DNA from: Candidatus Bathyarchaeota archaeon
Lineage (GTDB): Archaea; Thermoproteota; Bathyarchaeia; Bathyarchaeales; Bathycorpusculaceae
Length of the DNA stretch: 64,000 bases
Assembly: GCA_963777155.1 (NCBI GenBank)
Contig: CAVZPM010000001.1
Span: 32,001-96,000 of the forward strand
Direction of reading: 5' to 3'
The notes beneath the pieces are model-generated. The model worked only from the letters and a program-made list of their open reading frames with translations, was not told the DNA's origin and did not search any database. Shown in pieces: positions 9,657-19,667 of the stretch. The position numbers and the translations under genes were made by a program. Every line of letters starts with the position of its first letter. Positions within the stretch are counted from its first letter, which is position 1.

Positions 9657-10556
9657 ATGTGTTTGGTCAAAGAAACCGTTTTGATTATTGGTTTAGGCGA
9701 GATAGGCCACACCCTCTTTGCGTTATATGGCGAAGCTAAAGAAAAGTTCTCGGTTTTTGGTTTAGATTTAGACTTGGGAAAAATGAAGTTGCTTAATCAG
9801 AGCAAAGATAAGGTTCCAGCAAGAGTTGGCACCCTACAGGTTTGCCTTCCATGTAGTAGCCAAGAAAAATTTACTGACACAATCAAAGGCTACGTTGACC
9901 GCTATAAACCCAAACTTACGATCATCAACAGCACTGTTCCACCCGGAACCACACTCAAAGTTGCGGCAGCTTGTAAGTGCCTTGTTGCTCATTCACCTTC
10001 ACGAGGTGTTCATATAAACGCTGAACACATGATCTGGGAGATGAAACGCTGGACTAAATACGTCGGTGGCGCAGACGCAGCCGCATCCAAAGCAGCTAAG
10101 GAACACTTTAGAAAAATGGGGTTGAGAGTCAAGGTTCTTAAAAGTTGCCGTGAAACTGAACTCGCTAAACTCTTTGAAACAACTTACCGCGCTTGGATGA
10201 TTACATGCTTCCAAGAAATGCATCGCATCTCACGCGCTTTCGATGCAGACTTTGACGAAGCAGTCGACTTCATTGAGGACACCCATAGAGAGCGTTTTGA
10301 CAGGCCAGTTATGTTTCCTGGAGTAATCGGCGGACATTGTCTCATCCCAAACACTGAGCTTCTGCTGAATAGTTACGATTCTGAGTTGCTAAGACTAATT
10401 TTGAAATCAAACGAAAAACGTAAAGAAGAAATCAAGGATCCAATCGTTAAGACTGAAGCTGATAGAGTTGCGGCGAGGGCAATTGCATTGGAGAAGCAGC
10501 TTGCAGGACCAAAAAACGTCATGTTGGGCGAAAAAAACCGTGCAGAATGCTCATAA
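9657..10556 (+). CDS. UDP-glucose/GDP-mannose dehydrogenase family protein (short form)
   Basis: IIGLGEIG, STVPPGTT, HSP, ETELAKLFETTYR, PGVIGGHCLIPN. Confidence 0.85.
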   Translation: MCLVKETVLIIGLGEIGHTLFALYGEAKEKFSVFGLDLDLGKMKLLNQSKDKVPARVGTLQVCLPCSSQEKFTDTIKGYVDRYKPKLTIINSTVPPGTTLKVAAACKCLVAHSPSRGVHINAEHMIWEMKRWTKYVGGADAAASKAAKEHFRKMGLRVKVLKSCRETELAKLFETTYRAWMITCFQEMHRISRAFDADFDEAVDFIEDTHRERFDRPVMFPGVIGGHCLIPNTELLLNSYDSELLRLILKSNEKRKEEIKDPIVKTEADRVAARAIALEKQLAGPKNVMLGEKNRAECS

Positions 10557-10571
10557 TGGAATGGTAAATCT

Positions 10572-11300
10572 CTAGAGTTTTTCGATAATCAGCTCTTTTG
10601 CAAAACCAGCGATAAATTCAATGTTCAACTTCATTAGATACCAAAACGTTCGTGCGCTTACATTGGTGAGAGCTGCAAACGGCGTAAAAATGAACCTTGC
10701 AGCCATCCTTCTCGCCAACTTGTAGAGTCCAAAATGTCCATACCTTCTGTAAGATATGCCGATGGTGACGTAATTCTTGGATGTGCCTAGATGTGTTGCG
10801 CCAAGAAATGGCAGAACTTTCCAGACGTAGCCTGTTTTTTGAACAAAGCGTTTGAAGTATTGGTCTTCTCCGAAAAACAGCTTTGGCGGATTATAGTTTT
10901 CCATAAGTGCGCGGCGGATGATGATGTTATTAATGTGCGGGTTAGTGTCCAATTTGCTTAGGTTGTATACTGTGCCGACGACACGCTCGTATGCGGCAAC
11001 ATGCTTGTTCTTGTGAACTGCAACCGTGCCTATGGCACCAACTTTGGGCGTGATTGCTTTGGTGACTAATTGAAGCCAATTGTCGGGCAGAAGCATGTCG
11101 TCATCAACCATCGCTACCCACTCGGTTTTTGCCTGAAGAACTCCATGTTTGCGTGCAATACTGAGCGGTTTCTCATGGATATTGATGATTTGACCTGCGC
11201 ATGGCATGTGCTTGAGTTGATGCATTAATGTTGGGTTAGCCTCATCTCTTGATGGCACCACAAAATCAACTTTCATGTCGCTGTCGGAGCAGGATGGCAT
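10572..11300 (-). CDS. Glycosyltransferase family 2
   Basis: VDFVVPS, ARKHG, WVAMVDDD (DxD), GEDQYF. Confidence 0.85.
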   Translation of the reverse strand: MPSCSDSDMKVDFVVPSRDEANPTLMHQLKHMPCAGQIINIHEKPLSIARKHGVLQAKTEWVAMVDDDMLLPDNWLQLVTKAITPKVGAIGTVAVHKNKHVAAYERVVGTVYNLSKLDTNPHINNIIIRRALMENYNPPKLFFGEDQYFKRFVQKTGYVWKVLPFLGATHLGTSKNYVTIGISYRRYGHFGLYKLARRMAARFIFTPFAALTNVSARTFWYLMKLNIEFIAGFAKELIIEKL

Positions 11301-11376
11301 AGAGGCATATTGTTCAAGCTTAGGTTAAATAGTTTACCGCAACATACAAAACCCGTAATTTAGACTGAGAAAAAGG

Positions 11377-12768
11377 TTACATGTTCAAGATTTTAACTGC
11401 TTTTTGTGCAGCGCGCTTGTAGCTTTTCTTAGTAATCATGCCTTTCTGGATGCCATTTAATAGTTGCAGAATCATACCCTGCTTCACATGCTCCACCATT
11501 TGCTGTTCACTGATTCCTGGGAGACGCATACAGTTGCCGATTTTGACGTTATAGGTGGCAATGCCGTATTTTTCAGCGATGTGGTAGAGTTTGCTGCCGA
11601 TTATTGGGTTAGTGATTGACCACGAAATGTACTCTATGAGATTGTCTCGGAGGCATTCTTTTGCAAATTTTAGCGTGTTGTTGACTTCTTCGGGGGTCTC
11701 GTATTCTAGTTTCCCGTTAGCTTCCCAAGCGTTGTAGAGCATTAGGAACCCGTAGACTTTGATGTGGTATTTCTTTAGAAGTTCAAGCGTGCGGACGTTG
11801 TCGGTTTGTGTGGCATTTTTGCCAATGCCTTTAAGCACTCGGTCGTTAGCCGATTCAAGCCCAATGTGAACAAGCCAAACGTTGACGTCCTGTAGTTTCT
11901 TTGCTAATTCGTCGTTTAGTTTGTCTGCTCGCAGGTTGCATTGGAAAGTCATGCCTTTAAGTTTGAGCTTTTCAATCTCGTTGAGGGTTTCCAGGCACCA
12001 TTTAATATCAACGTTAAAAGTGTCGGAGCGCAGGTAAATTTCTCGGATGCCTCTGCCATAGAGGTAGTTGACTTCTTCAGCGATGTTTTTGGGAGAGCGC
12101 TGTCTTATCCATGGCTTCTCCAGCTTCCAGACCGGGTTAGAACAGTAAGTGCAGTAGTTGGGGCAACCGCGGATGGGAAGCATGTATGCCATTCGTTTTT
12201 TTCTGCTTACGGCAACATCGTAGTTTTCGAAGTCTATCATGTCCCATGCTGGGAAGAAATCGATGTTCTTAAGCAGAGGTCTCACACCGTTGTTCTTCTG
12301 AGCGTTAACCGTTCCAACGATGTCTGTTATAGACTGTTTCGCCAGAACTCTTTTGATTAACTCAGTTGTGGTCTCTTCGCCCTCTCCGACTATACAGACA
12401 TCAATTGGAGTGTTTTTGAGGACGTCTTGGGGGTCGATGGTTGGATGGGCACCTCCGGATACCATGAGCATTTTGAGACCTAATGCTTTGACTTTATTTA
12501 TGGTCTCAAAAGACAGATCTCTTCTGGGAGTTGTAAATGATATTGCGTAAACGTCCGGTTTGATTTCCTGTACTTTTTGGATATGTTCCTGCATGGAGAG
12601 GAACGGTTCAAGATAATGGAATTCTACTCCTGGCAGGCGCTCCCTTACGTAGCTGATGATGTAGAGGATGCCGAGGTTCGGTGATTCTGTGACTGCTTCT
12701 CCTTTAGCTTCGATGCCGAAGGGTGGGTCAGCAAAAACCACTTTAAGTTTCTTTTGTGTAGTCGCCAT
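11377..12768 (-). CDS. B12-binding radical SAM protein (class B methyltransferase-like)
   Basis: PNLGILYI, GGAHPT, GEGE cobalamin domain; RGCPNYCTYC; IGLESANDRVL. Confidence 0.9.
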   Translation of the reverse strand: MATTQKKLKVVFADPPFGIEAKGEAVTESPNLGILYIISYVRERLPGVEFHYLEPFLSMQEHIQKVQEIKPDVYAISFTTPRRDLSFETINKVKALGLKMLMVSGGAHPTIDPQDVLKNTPIDVCIVGEGEETTTELIKRVLAKQSITDIVGTVNAQKNNGVRPLLKNIDFFPAWDMIDFENYDVAVSRKKRMAYMLPIRGCPNYCTYCSNPVWKLEKPWIRQRSPKNIAEEVNYLYGRGIREIYLRSDTFNVDIKWCLETLNEIEKLKLKGMTFQCNLRADKLNDELAKKLQDVNVWLVHIGLESANDRVLKGIGKNATQTDNVRTLELLKKYHIKVYGFLMLYNAWEANGKLEYETPEEVNNTLKFAKECLRDNLIEYISWSITNPIIGSKLYHIAEKYGIATYNVKIGNCMRLPGISEQQMVEHVKQGMILQLLNGIQKGMITKKSYKRAAQKAVKILNM

Positions 12769-12950
12769 GATTTTTTATCTCACCGAAACGTCAACTACTC
12801 ACTTTTCACGCGCGTGTATATATTTTGCTACTTGGCTCCTCCTAAACCGTCTGCTCCAATTCGAGAGCTTATTTTAAACAAACCGTTGCGCTGCAAAGCT
12901 TCTTAAACCCAAAAACGGAAATGTAAACAACCCAAAGAGGCAAAATCGAC

Positions 12951-14075
12951 ATGGCAACTTTCCTCGTAGTCCACCCATACCTCGACATTTACGGCGGCGG
13001 CGAACGCGTCTGTCACAGTGTAATTAAAACACTTGTTGCTCATGGACAAAAGGTTGAGTTGTTAACCTTTGACTTCGACTCTGGTAGGTACCGTGACATT
13101 GTGGGTGAGGACCTCCCCAAGGATGTTGTCATTCACCCGTTGGGGAAACGCACCCAAGAAGAGCCTCCCTTCACCATTTACAAACGGCACCGCAACTTCG
13201 CCAAACTCCTAAAGAAATACCGCAACCAGTTGAAATACGATTACCTGTTTTCAACACAATCTTCCTCACCCTTTGAGCCTGTCTTTTTAAATAAAGCCAA
13301 AAAGAACCTTGCCTACGTTCACTTCCCAGAAATACATTATGACTACTCGAGAGGAACAATGAAAAGAAAACTCTACCTATGGCTGTTTAAGTACTGGGTG
13401 GAACAGGGCATCGACAAACTGGACATGGTTTTCTGCAATAGCAACTACACCAAAGAAGCTATCCAGCGCTATTGGGGCAGCCACGGCGTGAAAGAGCCCA
13501 TAGTTGTTTATCCCGCTGTCAATCTCGATAAGTTTTGGTGCGACAAACCTTTGGCTGACAGAAAAAAAAGAGTTGTCTATGTCGCGCGCTTTATTCCTGC
13601 AAAGCGGCACGAAATCCTCAAGCAGTTAGCGGTTGACTTGCCAGATTTTGAGTTTGTCAGTATCGGCGGATTGATCGATGCCGAGACAGCATGGTTTGAT
13701 AGGTTTCAAGAGAACCTGCCCAAAAATTACACTCTGAAAACTAACTTGCCAGGACCCGAACTGCTCGGCATCTTGCAGGATTCACGAATCTATGTGCACT
13801 TGATGGAGGGTGAACATTTCGGCATTGCACCAGTTGAAGGCTTAGCAAGCGGTTGCGTCACTATCGTGCATAATAGCGGCGGCATGAGGGAATTCATTCC
13901 AGAAGAGTACCGCTGGGACAACTACCAAGACCTTAAATCCAAAATTGTGAAAAGCATGGATGCATCAGTCAACTGGGAGTTTAAACGCAAGGAGCTCTGG
14001 AGCAGAATAAGAATGCTCACTCCCGAAGCCTTCCAGCAAGGTATCTGGTTGAATTTACAAAAAATCTTGGAATAA
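12951..14075 (+). CDS. Glycosyltransferase family 4 (ALG11-like)
   Basis: GGGERV, YVHFP, NSNYT, EHFGIAPVEGLASG, HNSGG. Confidence 0.9.
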   Translation: MATFLVVHPYLDIYGGGERVCHSVIKTLVAHGQKVELLTFDFDSGRYRDIVGEDLPKDVVIHPLGKRTQEEPPFTIYKRHRNFAKLLKKYRNQLKYDYLFSTQSSSPFEPVFLNKAKKNLAYVHFPEIHYDYSRGTMKRKLYLWLFKYWVEQGIDKLDMVFCNSNYTKEAIQRYWGSHGVKEPIVVYPAVNLDKFWCDKPLADRKKRVVYVARFIPAKRHEILKQLAVDLPDFEFVSIGGLIDAETAWFDRFQENLPKNYTLKTNLPGPELLGILQDSRIYVHLMEGEHFGIAPVEGLASGCVTIVHNSGGMREFIPEEYRWDNYQDLKSKIVKSMDASVNWEFKRKELWSRIRMLTPEAFQQGIWLNLQKILE

Positions 14076-14286
14076 TTGTACTGCAGTGATTACTAAACAA
14101 CTTTAGCCAATTTGAAGGCGTGATTTCAGGAACCGATAGAAGTAATGAGGTAATCGAAAAGTCGTCTTTAACCCTAAAGTCAAAGATCACCATTACCCCT
14201 TGGCCTGACAAAAAACAGGGTCGTACCGACTCCTTATCAGCGAGCATAGATAAGTTTTCATAAAAGAAGCAAGAAATACAATGCAA

Positions 14287-14305
14287 AACGCATCACTAAT
14301 GCGTT
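14287..14305. promoter_or_regulatory. Perfect 7-bp inverted repeat upstream of the 14328 gene (possible operator)
   Basis: AACGCAT-cacta-ATGCGTT, between an AT-rich box and the start codon. Confidence 0.3.
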
Positions 14306-14327
14306 AGATGAAGCGGAGACCTCCTAG

Positions 14328-14957
14328 TTGAGTGATCAACCGGCAATTAAACTTAGAATCGACGTAGATTACCCCTACCCCTCGTCGAGGAAGAAAAGTT
14401 TTCTTTACATAGCGTTAGGCATCAAAAGCAAGAAAAGCTCAAGTTACCTCCAAAACGCCCGCGTCATCGCCGAGATCATAAACAAATCACACAAAAAAGT
14501 CGAAGCTTACTGGTTCTTCACACCATACACCATCCCAGACAAGAAATTGCTTGACTTGTTAAATAATGAACGCCATGAGGTGGGATTGCATATTGCCAAC
14601 AACGCCTTCAAAGAATGGAAAACACTTGAAAACGAAACGCGCCGTACCGTTAAGTACTACACTTTTCATGGTACCTCCAATGCGATTGCACAAATCCTAT
14701 GGAGACGCAAACTGGGTCAAAAGCAAGCTGTTACTCCAGACGATTTCCCACTAAAATCTTTCCACGATTTCACAACAACAAGCCTAGATCGCCGAATCTT
14801 TGAGGCAGGGTTGGAATCCGTAAAGGAAGAAGCAAAAAACTGGATTTCTCAAGGCACAGTCATATCTATTCATCCTGAGTGGCTCTACGTAAGGGGAGAA
14901 AAAAACCGCCGTGGACCATTTTATGAAGCGCTAAAAATAATTTTAGGGGTGGAATGA
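14328..14957 (+). CDS. Polysaccharide deacetylase-like protein
   Basis: LRIDVD, HEVGLH, TFHG, SIHPEW NodB-like motifs. Confidence 0.7.
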   Translation: MSDQPAIKLRIDVDYPYPSSRKKSFLYIALGIKSKKSSSYLQNARVIAEIINKSHKKVEAYWFFTPYTIPDKKLLDLLNNERHEVGLHIANNAFKEWKTLENETRRTVKYYTFHGTSNAIAQILWRRKLGQKQAVTPDDFPLKSFHDFTTTSLDRRIFEAGLESVKEEAKNWISQGTVISIHPEWLYVRGEKNRRGPFYEALKIILGVE

Positions 14958-15831
14958 ACGTCAGAAACCATCCGAATAAGAAAAAAGCTGATTGTACGTA
15001 TAGCGCAAGACAATCAGGAATACGAAAAAAATACGCTCCCAACTGAGGAGCTAATAAAAAAACTTAGAGAACAAGGAGTGGACATCTACACTTTTCTTGA
15101 GCGCTCATGGTGCTGTCCGCTTTCTAATCCACCAAGAAACTGGATTCGAACCGATGATAATGTTGGTCTATTGGAGATAACTACATTCGACACCTGGTTT
15201 AACGCTGTCGGCAAGAAAACCCGCAATATGGTTCGCAGGGCAGAGAAAAGCGGCGTTAAAGTCAACATCCTCGAGTTGACGCCCCAGTTGGTTGAAGGCA
15301 TATGGAAAATCTACAATGAAACCCCCATTCGTCAAGGACGAGCTTTCCACCATTATGGCGAATCGCTAAAATCTGTTGGCGACAACATGACGATGGCGAA
15401 GAAAGCCACATTCATCGGCGCTTACCTAGAATCCGAACTAGTTGGCTTCATCCAAATAATCTACGGCGACCAAATAGCAATTATCTCACAGATTCTTTCT
15501 CTGCAGAAGCACTGGGATAAATCCCTAAATAACGCTCTTCTCGCCAAAGCTGTTGAGGTCTGTGCCGCCAACGGCAACCGATGGCTATTATACGGACGCA
15601 TCGGTAACCACCCCTCGCTGGATAAGTTCAAGGAAAATAACGGTTTCAAGAAATATCCTGATAGCACGTTACTACGTGCCCATTACTGGGAAGGGTAGGT
15701 TTGCTATGCGTTTGGGTTTGCACAAGGAGTTTAAAGATGCGTTGCCAGAACCGCTTAAAAGACCGCTTATCCCTGTTTTTAACTGGATAAGCCGCAAAAA
15801 AGCACAACTAAAGCTCCGCCGAAAACGTTAG
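14954..15831 (+). CDS. GNAT/FemAB-like acyltransferase, with apparent indels near 14960 and 15660
   Basis: KKTRNMVRRAEKSGV, LVGF, SLDKFKENNGF; frame is open from 14958; C-terminus IARYYVP lies in a shifted frame. Confidence 0.7.
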
Positions 15832-15894
15832 CCCTAATTACTTAGCAAAGAGGTTAAATCAACAAGAACAACTATAGTTGAAATAAATCAACTG

Positions 15895-16887
15895 TTGCTG
15901 GGGAAGTGCTTGTTGGATTATCCGCTCACCTATGTCATCATTGTTAATTGGAATGGTAAAGAGATACTGCGCAAGTGCCTCACTACATTTTTCGCCAACA
16001 CAAAAAGCCAAAACTGCACTGTAGTCGTCGTAGACAACGCAAGTACCGATGGCTCCATAGAGATGTTGCAGCAAAACTTCCCTCAGGTTCAACTTATAAA
16101 GAATCGTATGAACATGGGTTATTCGGTCGCAAACAATCAAGGCATCCAACTTGCACTCGATAAAGATGCAAAACAGGTTCTTTTACTAAACAATGATGTC
16201 GAAATTACTGATGACAAATGGCTCGAGAAGTTAACTGCAGTTTTGGAGTCTGAGAATGAAATCGGCGTTGTAGGATGCAAACTCCTTTTTCCTGACGGCA
16301 AAATCCAGTATGCTGGCGGATTGATCAAGCTACGCGGCGCTTTCCATAGAGGAGAACGGGAAGAAGACAGAGGTCAATACGATAAAGTTGAGTTTGTTGA
16401 CTATGTTACCGGCGCCATGTTGCTCATAAAATCTGATGTGATACGGGAAATCGGGCTCTTAGACGAAGGATTTACACCTCTTTACTGTGAAGACAGCGAC
16501 TGGTGCGTTAGAGCTACCCTCTACAGATACAAAGTTGCTTACACACCTGAGCCTACACTTATCCATCATTGCGGTTCTTCAGCGAAAAAACTCAGCAACA
16601 ACAAAAACGCCTTCTTTTTTCGGAGAAGCTCAATTCGTTTTTTCCTCTTGAACTATCAAATAAAAGACATCATAAAACGCATTCTACGATACGAAGTCCC
16701 GGCGTTTGCAGCGTGTTTTGTTGGGCGTAACCGCAGTGGCAAACTGCCTTTTAATCTCAGGTTAGATGTTTCAGTGAGGTTTTCGTTTTTTATTCGGGCT
16801 TGGACTCCCAGCCTCCGCGATCTTAAAGGCATAATGGCTAAGCGAAGGCAGCGGTTCATTTTTAACACAAAATTGCACCTTTCCTAA
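15895..16887 (+). CDS. Glycosyltransferase family 2 (rhamnosyltransferase-like)
   Basis: IIVNWNG, VDNASTDGS, NMGYSVANNQG, LLNND, YCEDSDWC. Confidence 0.92.
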   Translation: MLGKCLLDYPLTYVIIVNWNGKEILRKCLTTFFANTKSQNCTVVVVDNASTDGSIEMLQQNFPQVQLIKNRMNMGYSVANNQGIQLALDKDAKQVLLLNNDVEITDDKWLEKLTAVLESENEIGVVGCKLLFPDGKIQYAGGLIKLRGAFHRGEREEDRGQYDKVEFVDYVTGAMLLIKSDVIREIGLLDEGFTPLYCEDSDWCVRATLYRYKVAYTPEPTLIHHCGSSAKKLSNNKNAFFFRRSSIRFFLLNYQIKDIIKRILRYEVPAFAACFVGRNRSGKLPFNLRLDVSVRFSFFIRAWTPSLRDLKGIMAKRRQRFIFNTKLHLS

Positions 16888-18039
16888 ATAAATTGCGTAT
16901 AGAGTACTGAGAGCTGCTTTGCTACTTTGTTGGCTTCAAAAGCCTCCAACACCCATTTCCGCCCATTCTTGCCAAAGTGCTCTCTCTTTTTCTTGTCAAC
17001 CAATAGCTCTTCGAGAGCAGCCTTAAGGGCAATAGGGTTTTTTTGCTCAACCAAGATGCCTGTGACTCTGTCCTTCACGATTTCAGGAATCGACCCAGTA
17101 ACGGTGGAGACGATTGGTTTTTCGCATGCCATCGCCTCAACAATTGAGTAGCCAAACTGTTCAGCCCAAAAGTTGGTTTCGACACTTGGCAAACAGAAAA
17201 TATCGGCTAAATTGTGCACTTGTGCCATTTCGGAATAGCTGATGCTACCAAGGAATTTGACTTTGTTTTGGATTTTCAGGTTTTCTGATAGAAGGGTGAT
17301 TTTTGCTTGCATCTCCATTGTTCCGGTGCCGACAACTAAGAGCTCAATATTTTGGTAGTTTTTTACTAGTAGTTCGAATGCTTTGAGCAGGTCAAATATG
17401 CCTTTCTCGGGCGTGAGACGACCGACAAAGAGGATTCTTGTTGCCTCGTTTGAAACTCCAAACCTGTTAGTAAGCAGCTTTTGCTGTTGGTTTAAATCTG
17501 TCGCAGTCTAGACCCACTGGAATCACAGAAATCTTCTCAGGGTTGACTCCTTCGGTGATAAGTGCCGCTTTGGCTTTCTCAGTTATAGCGATGAAGTGGG
17601 TTACGTGTTTACGGTTATATTCTTGGATTTTTGTATAGGGGTTGCCTTTGACGTTAAACGGTATGTTTTCCCATTGCGATGCCAGTGTGGGTTTGCCCGT
17701 TTTTACAGCTTGGTATGTGAAGGGGTACCAGATGTCAGCGGAGTTTATTATGTCGAGGTCTTTGATTAGCTTGTTCAAACCGATAATGCGGAGATTCCAA
17801 GATTGAAAGTTATATTTCGTGGCTTTGCCAATGAGGGAAAGAAATGGCTTAAGTTTGCCTTTGGTTAAGGTTTGTAGGTTGTGTCCTGCTCTTATGGGGA
17901 ACGTTATTTCGGGTAGGTGCCTTTCTTTGTCATGTGTGGTTATGCCTATTGGCTCAAACCCATATTTGACTAGCTTCTCAAAGTATTGCCCTTCGTATGG
18001 GTTTAGGTTAGGTCCCCTCAATATGCCGACTTTATGCAA
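16884..18039 (-). CDS. Glycosyltransferase family 4, frameshifted near 17480
   Basis: N-half 17467-18039; shifted frame gives RILFVGRLTPEKG and EQFGYSIVEAMAC. Confidence 0.85.
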
Positions 18040-18165
18040 AGTTTACCCCTGACATAGCTGCTGATAAGTATACTCAATAGTGCTGCAGTTTTTCATATAA
18101 AGGCAGTTGTTTTGCAACACAGTTATGTTTTGCAGATAAAACTTTAGTCTTAAGGATACTTGAAG

Positions 18166-18435
18166 TTATAGAAGTAGTTCCGATAGAATTTTGTTTAATA
18201 TTTCCCGGTTTTTGATGCTTCGGAAAATGGCTTTGCCACTCGAGTAAAGTCGAAAAGACTGGTCCTGAAAACTTAGCTCAAAAATTATACCTGCAATCTT
18301 GTTCTTAATTGTGGCTTTCTTTAGAATGTTAGCAATTGCCTCCTCCTTTTTTTCATACTTGAAGATCACAATGACGTCTTTTTCTGCTCCGCAGGTTCCT
18401 TCGACCCGTGCCACGTAATCGTCGATGGTTGCCAT
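18166..18435 (-). CDS. Small hypothetical protein translationally coupled to sufS
   Basis: TAATG overlap with the sufS stop; EGTCG motif; FRLYSSGKAIF strand-turn motif. Confidence 0.7.
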   Translation of the reverse strand: MATIDDYVARVEGTCGAEKDVIVIFKYEKKEEAIANILKKATIKNKIAGIIFELSFQDQSFRLYSSGKAIFRSIKNREILNKILSELLL

Positions 18436-19667
18436 TAGAGTTGATCAAGCTCCTTTAGGATTTCCATGAAGCGGTCAACTTCCTCTTTAGTGTTGTAGAC
18501 ATAAAAGCTTGCTCGCGCTGAAGATTCCAGTTTGAAGACTTGATGCAGGGGCTGAGCACAATGATATCCGCTGCGCATCATTACACCGTAATTATCGAAG
18601 AATAATGCTACATCATGGGAGGATAAGCCTTTGACGTTAAAGGGTATTATCCCCAGTTTACTTGTGGAGTTGATTGGTCCGTATATTGTGACTTTGCTGC
18701 TTTCCCTCATCCGCTCAATAGCATGCTGAGTCAATTCTTTTTCATGGCTCAGCACATTCTCCATTCCTAAACCCTCCAGATACTTTATCGCAGCACCTAA
18801 GCCAACTGCGCCCGCGATGTTAGGTGTTCCTGCCTCAAACTTCCAGGGCAACTCATTCCAAGAAACGTTGCATCGCTCCTGACCTTGGTTGAACTCTACT
18901 TCTCTTATCATTTCTCCTCCACCCTGGAATGGACTCATATTCTCGAGCACCTCTTTTTTGCCGTATAAAACTCCAATACCTGTTGGTCCAAGCATTTTAT
19001 GCCCAGAGAACGCCAGAAAATCCATATCCAAATCCTGAACATCCACTGGCATGTGGGGCACGGATTGGGCGCCGTCAACCAGCATCAAAGCGCCATTATC
19101 GTGTGCTACTTTAGCTACTCGTTTTACGTCATTGATTACGCCTGTAAGGTTGGACACGTGGCTTAAGCAGGCAATTTTTGTTTTGCCGCAGAGTTTGCCT
19201 TCAAAATCATCATAGTCAAGTGTGCCGTCAGGGTTAACTTTGGCGTATTTTAGTGTGAAACCCTTCAGTTTAGAGACGATTTCCCATGGAACAATGTTGC
19301 TGTGATGCTCCATTAGCGAGACTAGAACTTCATCGCCCTTGCCAAGGTTATTCAAGCCCCAGGAATAAGCAACCAAGTTAATGGCTTCAGTTGTGCCTCT
19401 AACAAAGATAACTTCGCTAGAATTTTTGGCGTTGATGAATTTAGCAATTTTCTCTCTTGATTTTTCATATAAATCTGTTGCTTCAAGCGAGAGCGTGTGG
19501 ACCGCGCGGTGGACGTTGCCGTTGTGGTTTTCATAAAAATCTGTGACGGCGTCGATGACTTGGCGAGGTTTCTGGGTGGTTGCGGCATTGTCAAAGTAGA
19601 TTAGGGGGTTGCCGTTTATTTTCCGATTTAAAATTGGAAAGTCTTGTCGTATCGCTTGGGAATCTAT
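18435..19667 (-). CDS. sufS: SufS-type cysteine desulfurase (probable ATA start)
   Basis: Continuous frame from IDSQAIRQDFPIL through YFDNAATTQKP, EHHSN, FSGHKMLGPTGIG and RSGYHCAQP; the track ORF is truncated because no ATG/GTG/TTG occurs upstream of 19376. Confidence 0.92.
   Translation of the reverse strand: MDSQAIRQDFPILNRKINGNPLIYFDNAATTQKPRQVIDAVTDFYENHNGNVHRAVHTLSLEATDLYEKSREKIAKFINAKNSSEVIFVRGTTEAINLVAYSWGLNNLGKGDEVLVSLMEHHSNIVPWEIVSKLKGFTLKYAKVNPDGTLDYDDFEGKLCGKTKIACLSHVSNLTGVINDVKRVAKVAHDNGALMLVDGAQSVPHMPVDVQDLDMDFLAFSGHKMLGPTGIGVLYGKKEVLENMSPFQGGGEMIREVEFNQGQERCNVSWNELPWKFEAGTPNIAGAVGLGAAIKYLEGLGMENVLSHEKELTQHAIERMRESSKVTIYGPINSTSKLGIIPFNVKGLSSHDVALFFDNYGVMMRSGYHCAQPLHQVFKLESSARASFYVYNTKEEVDRFMEILKELDQL

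Noticed and set aside
14955-14957. Selenocysteine TGA
   Set aside because: It lies in an inter-domain linker, not a Cys/redox position; no SECIS recognised; an indel explains it more simply.
19352-19594. Separate ORF or frameshifted sufS N-terminus
   Set aside because: The true SufS frame is continuous to 19667; this ORF is an off-frame shadow.
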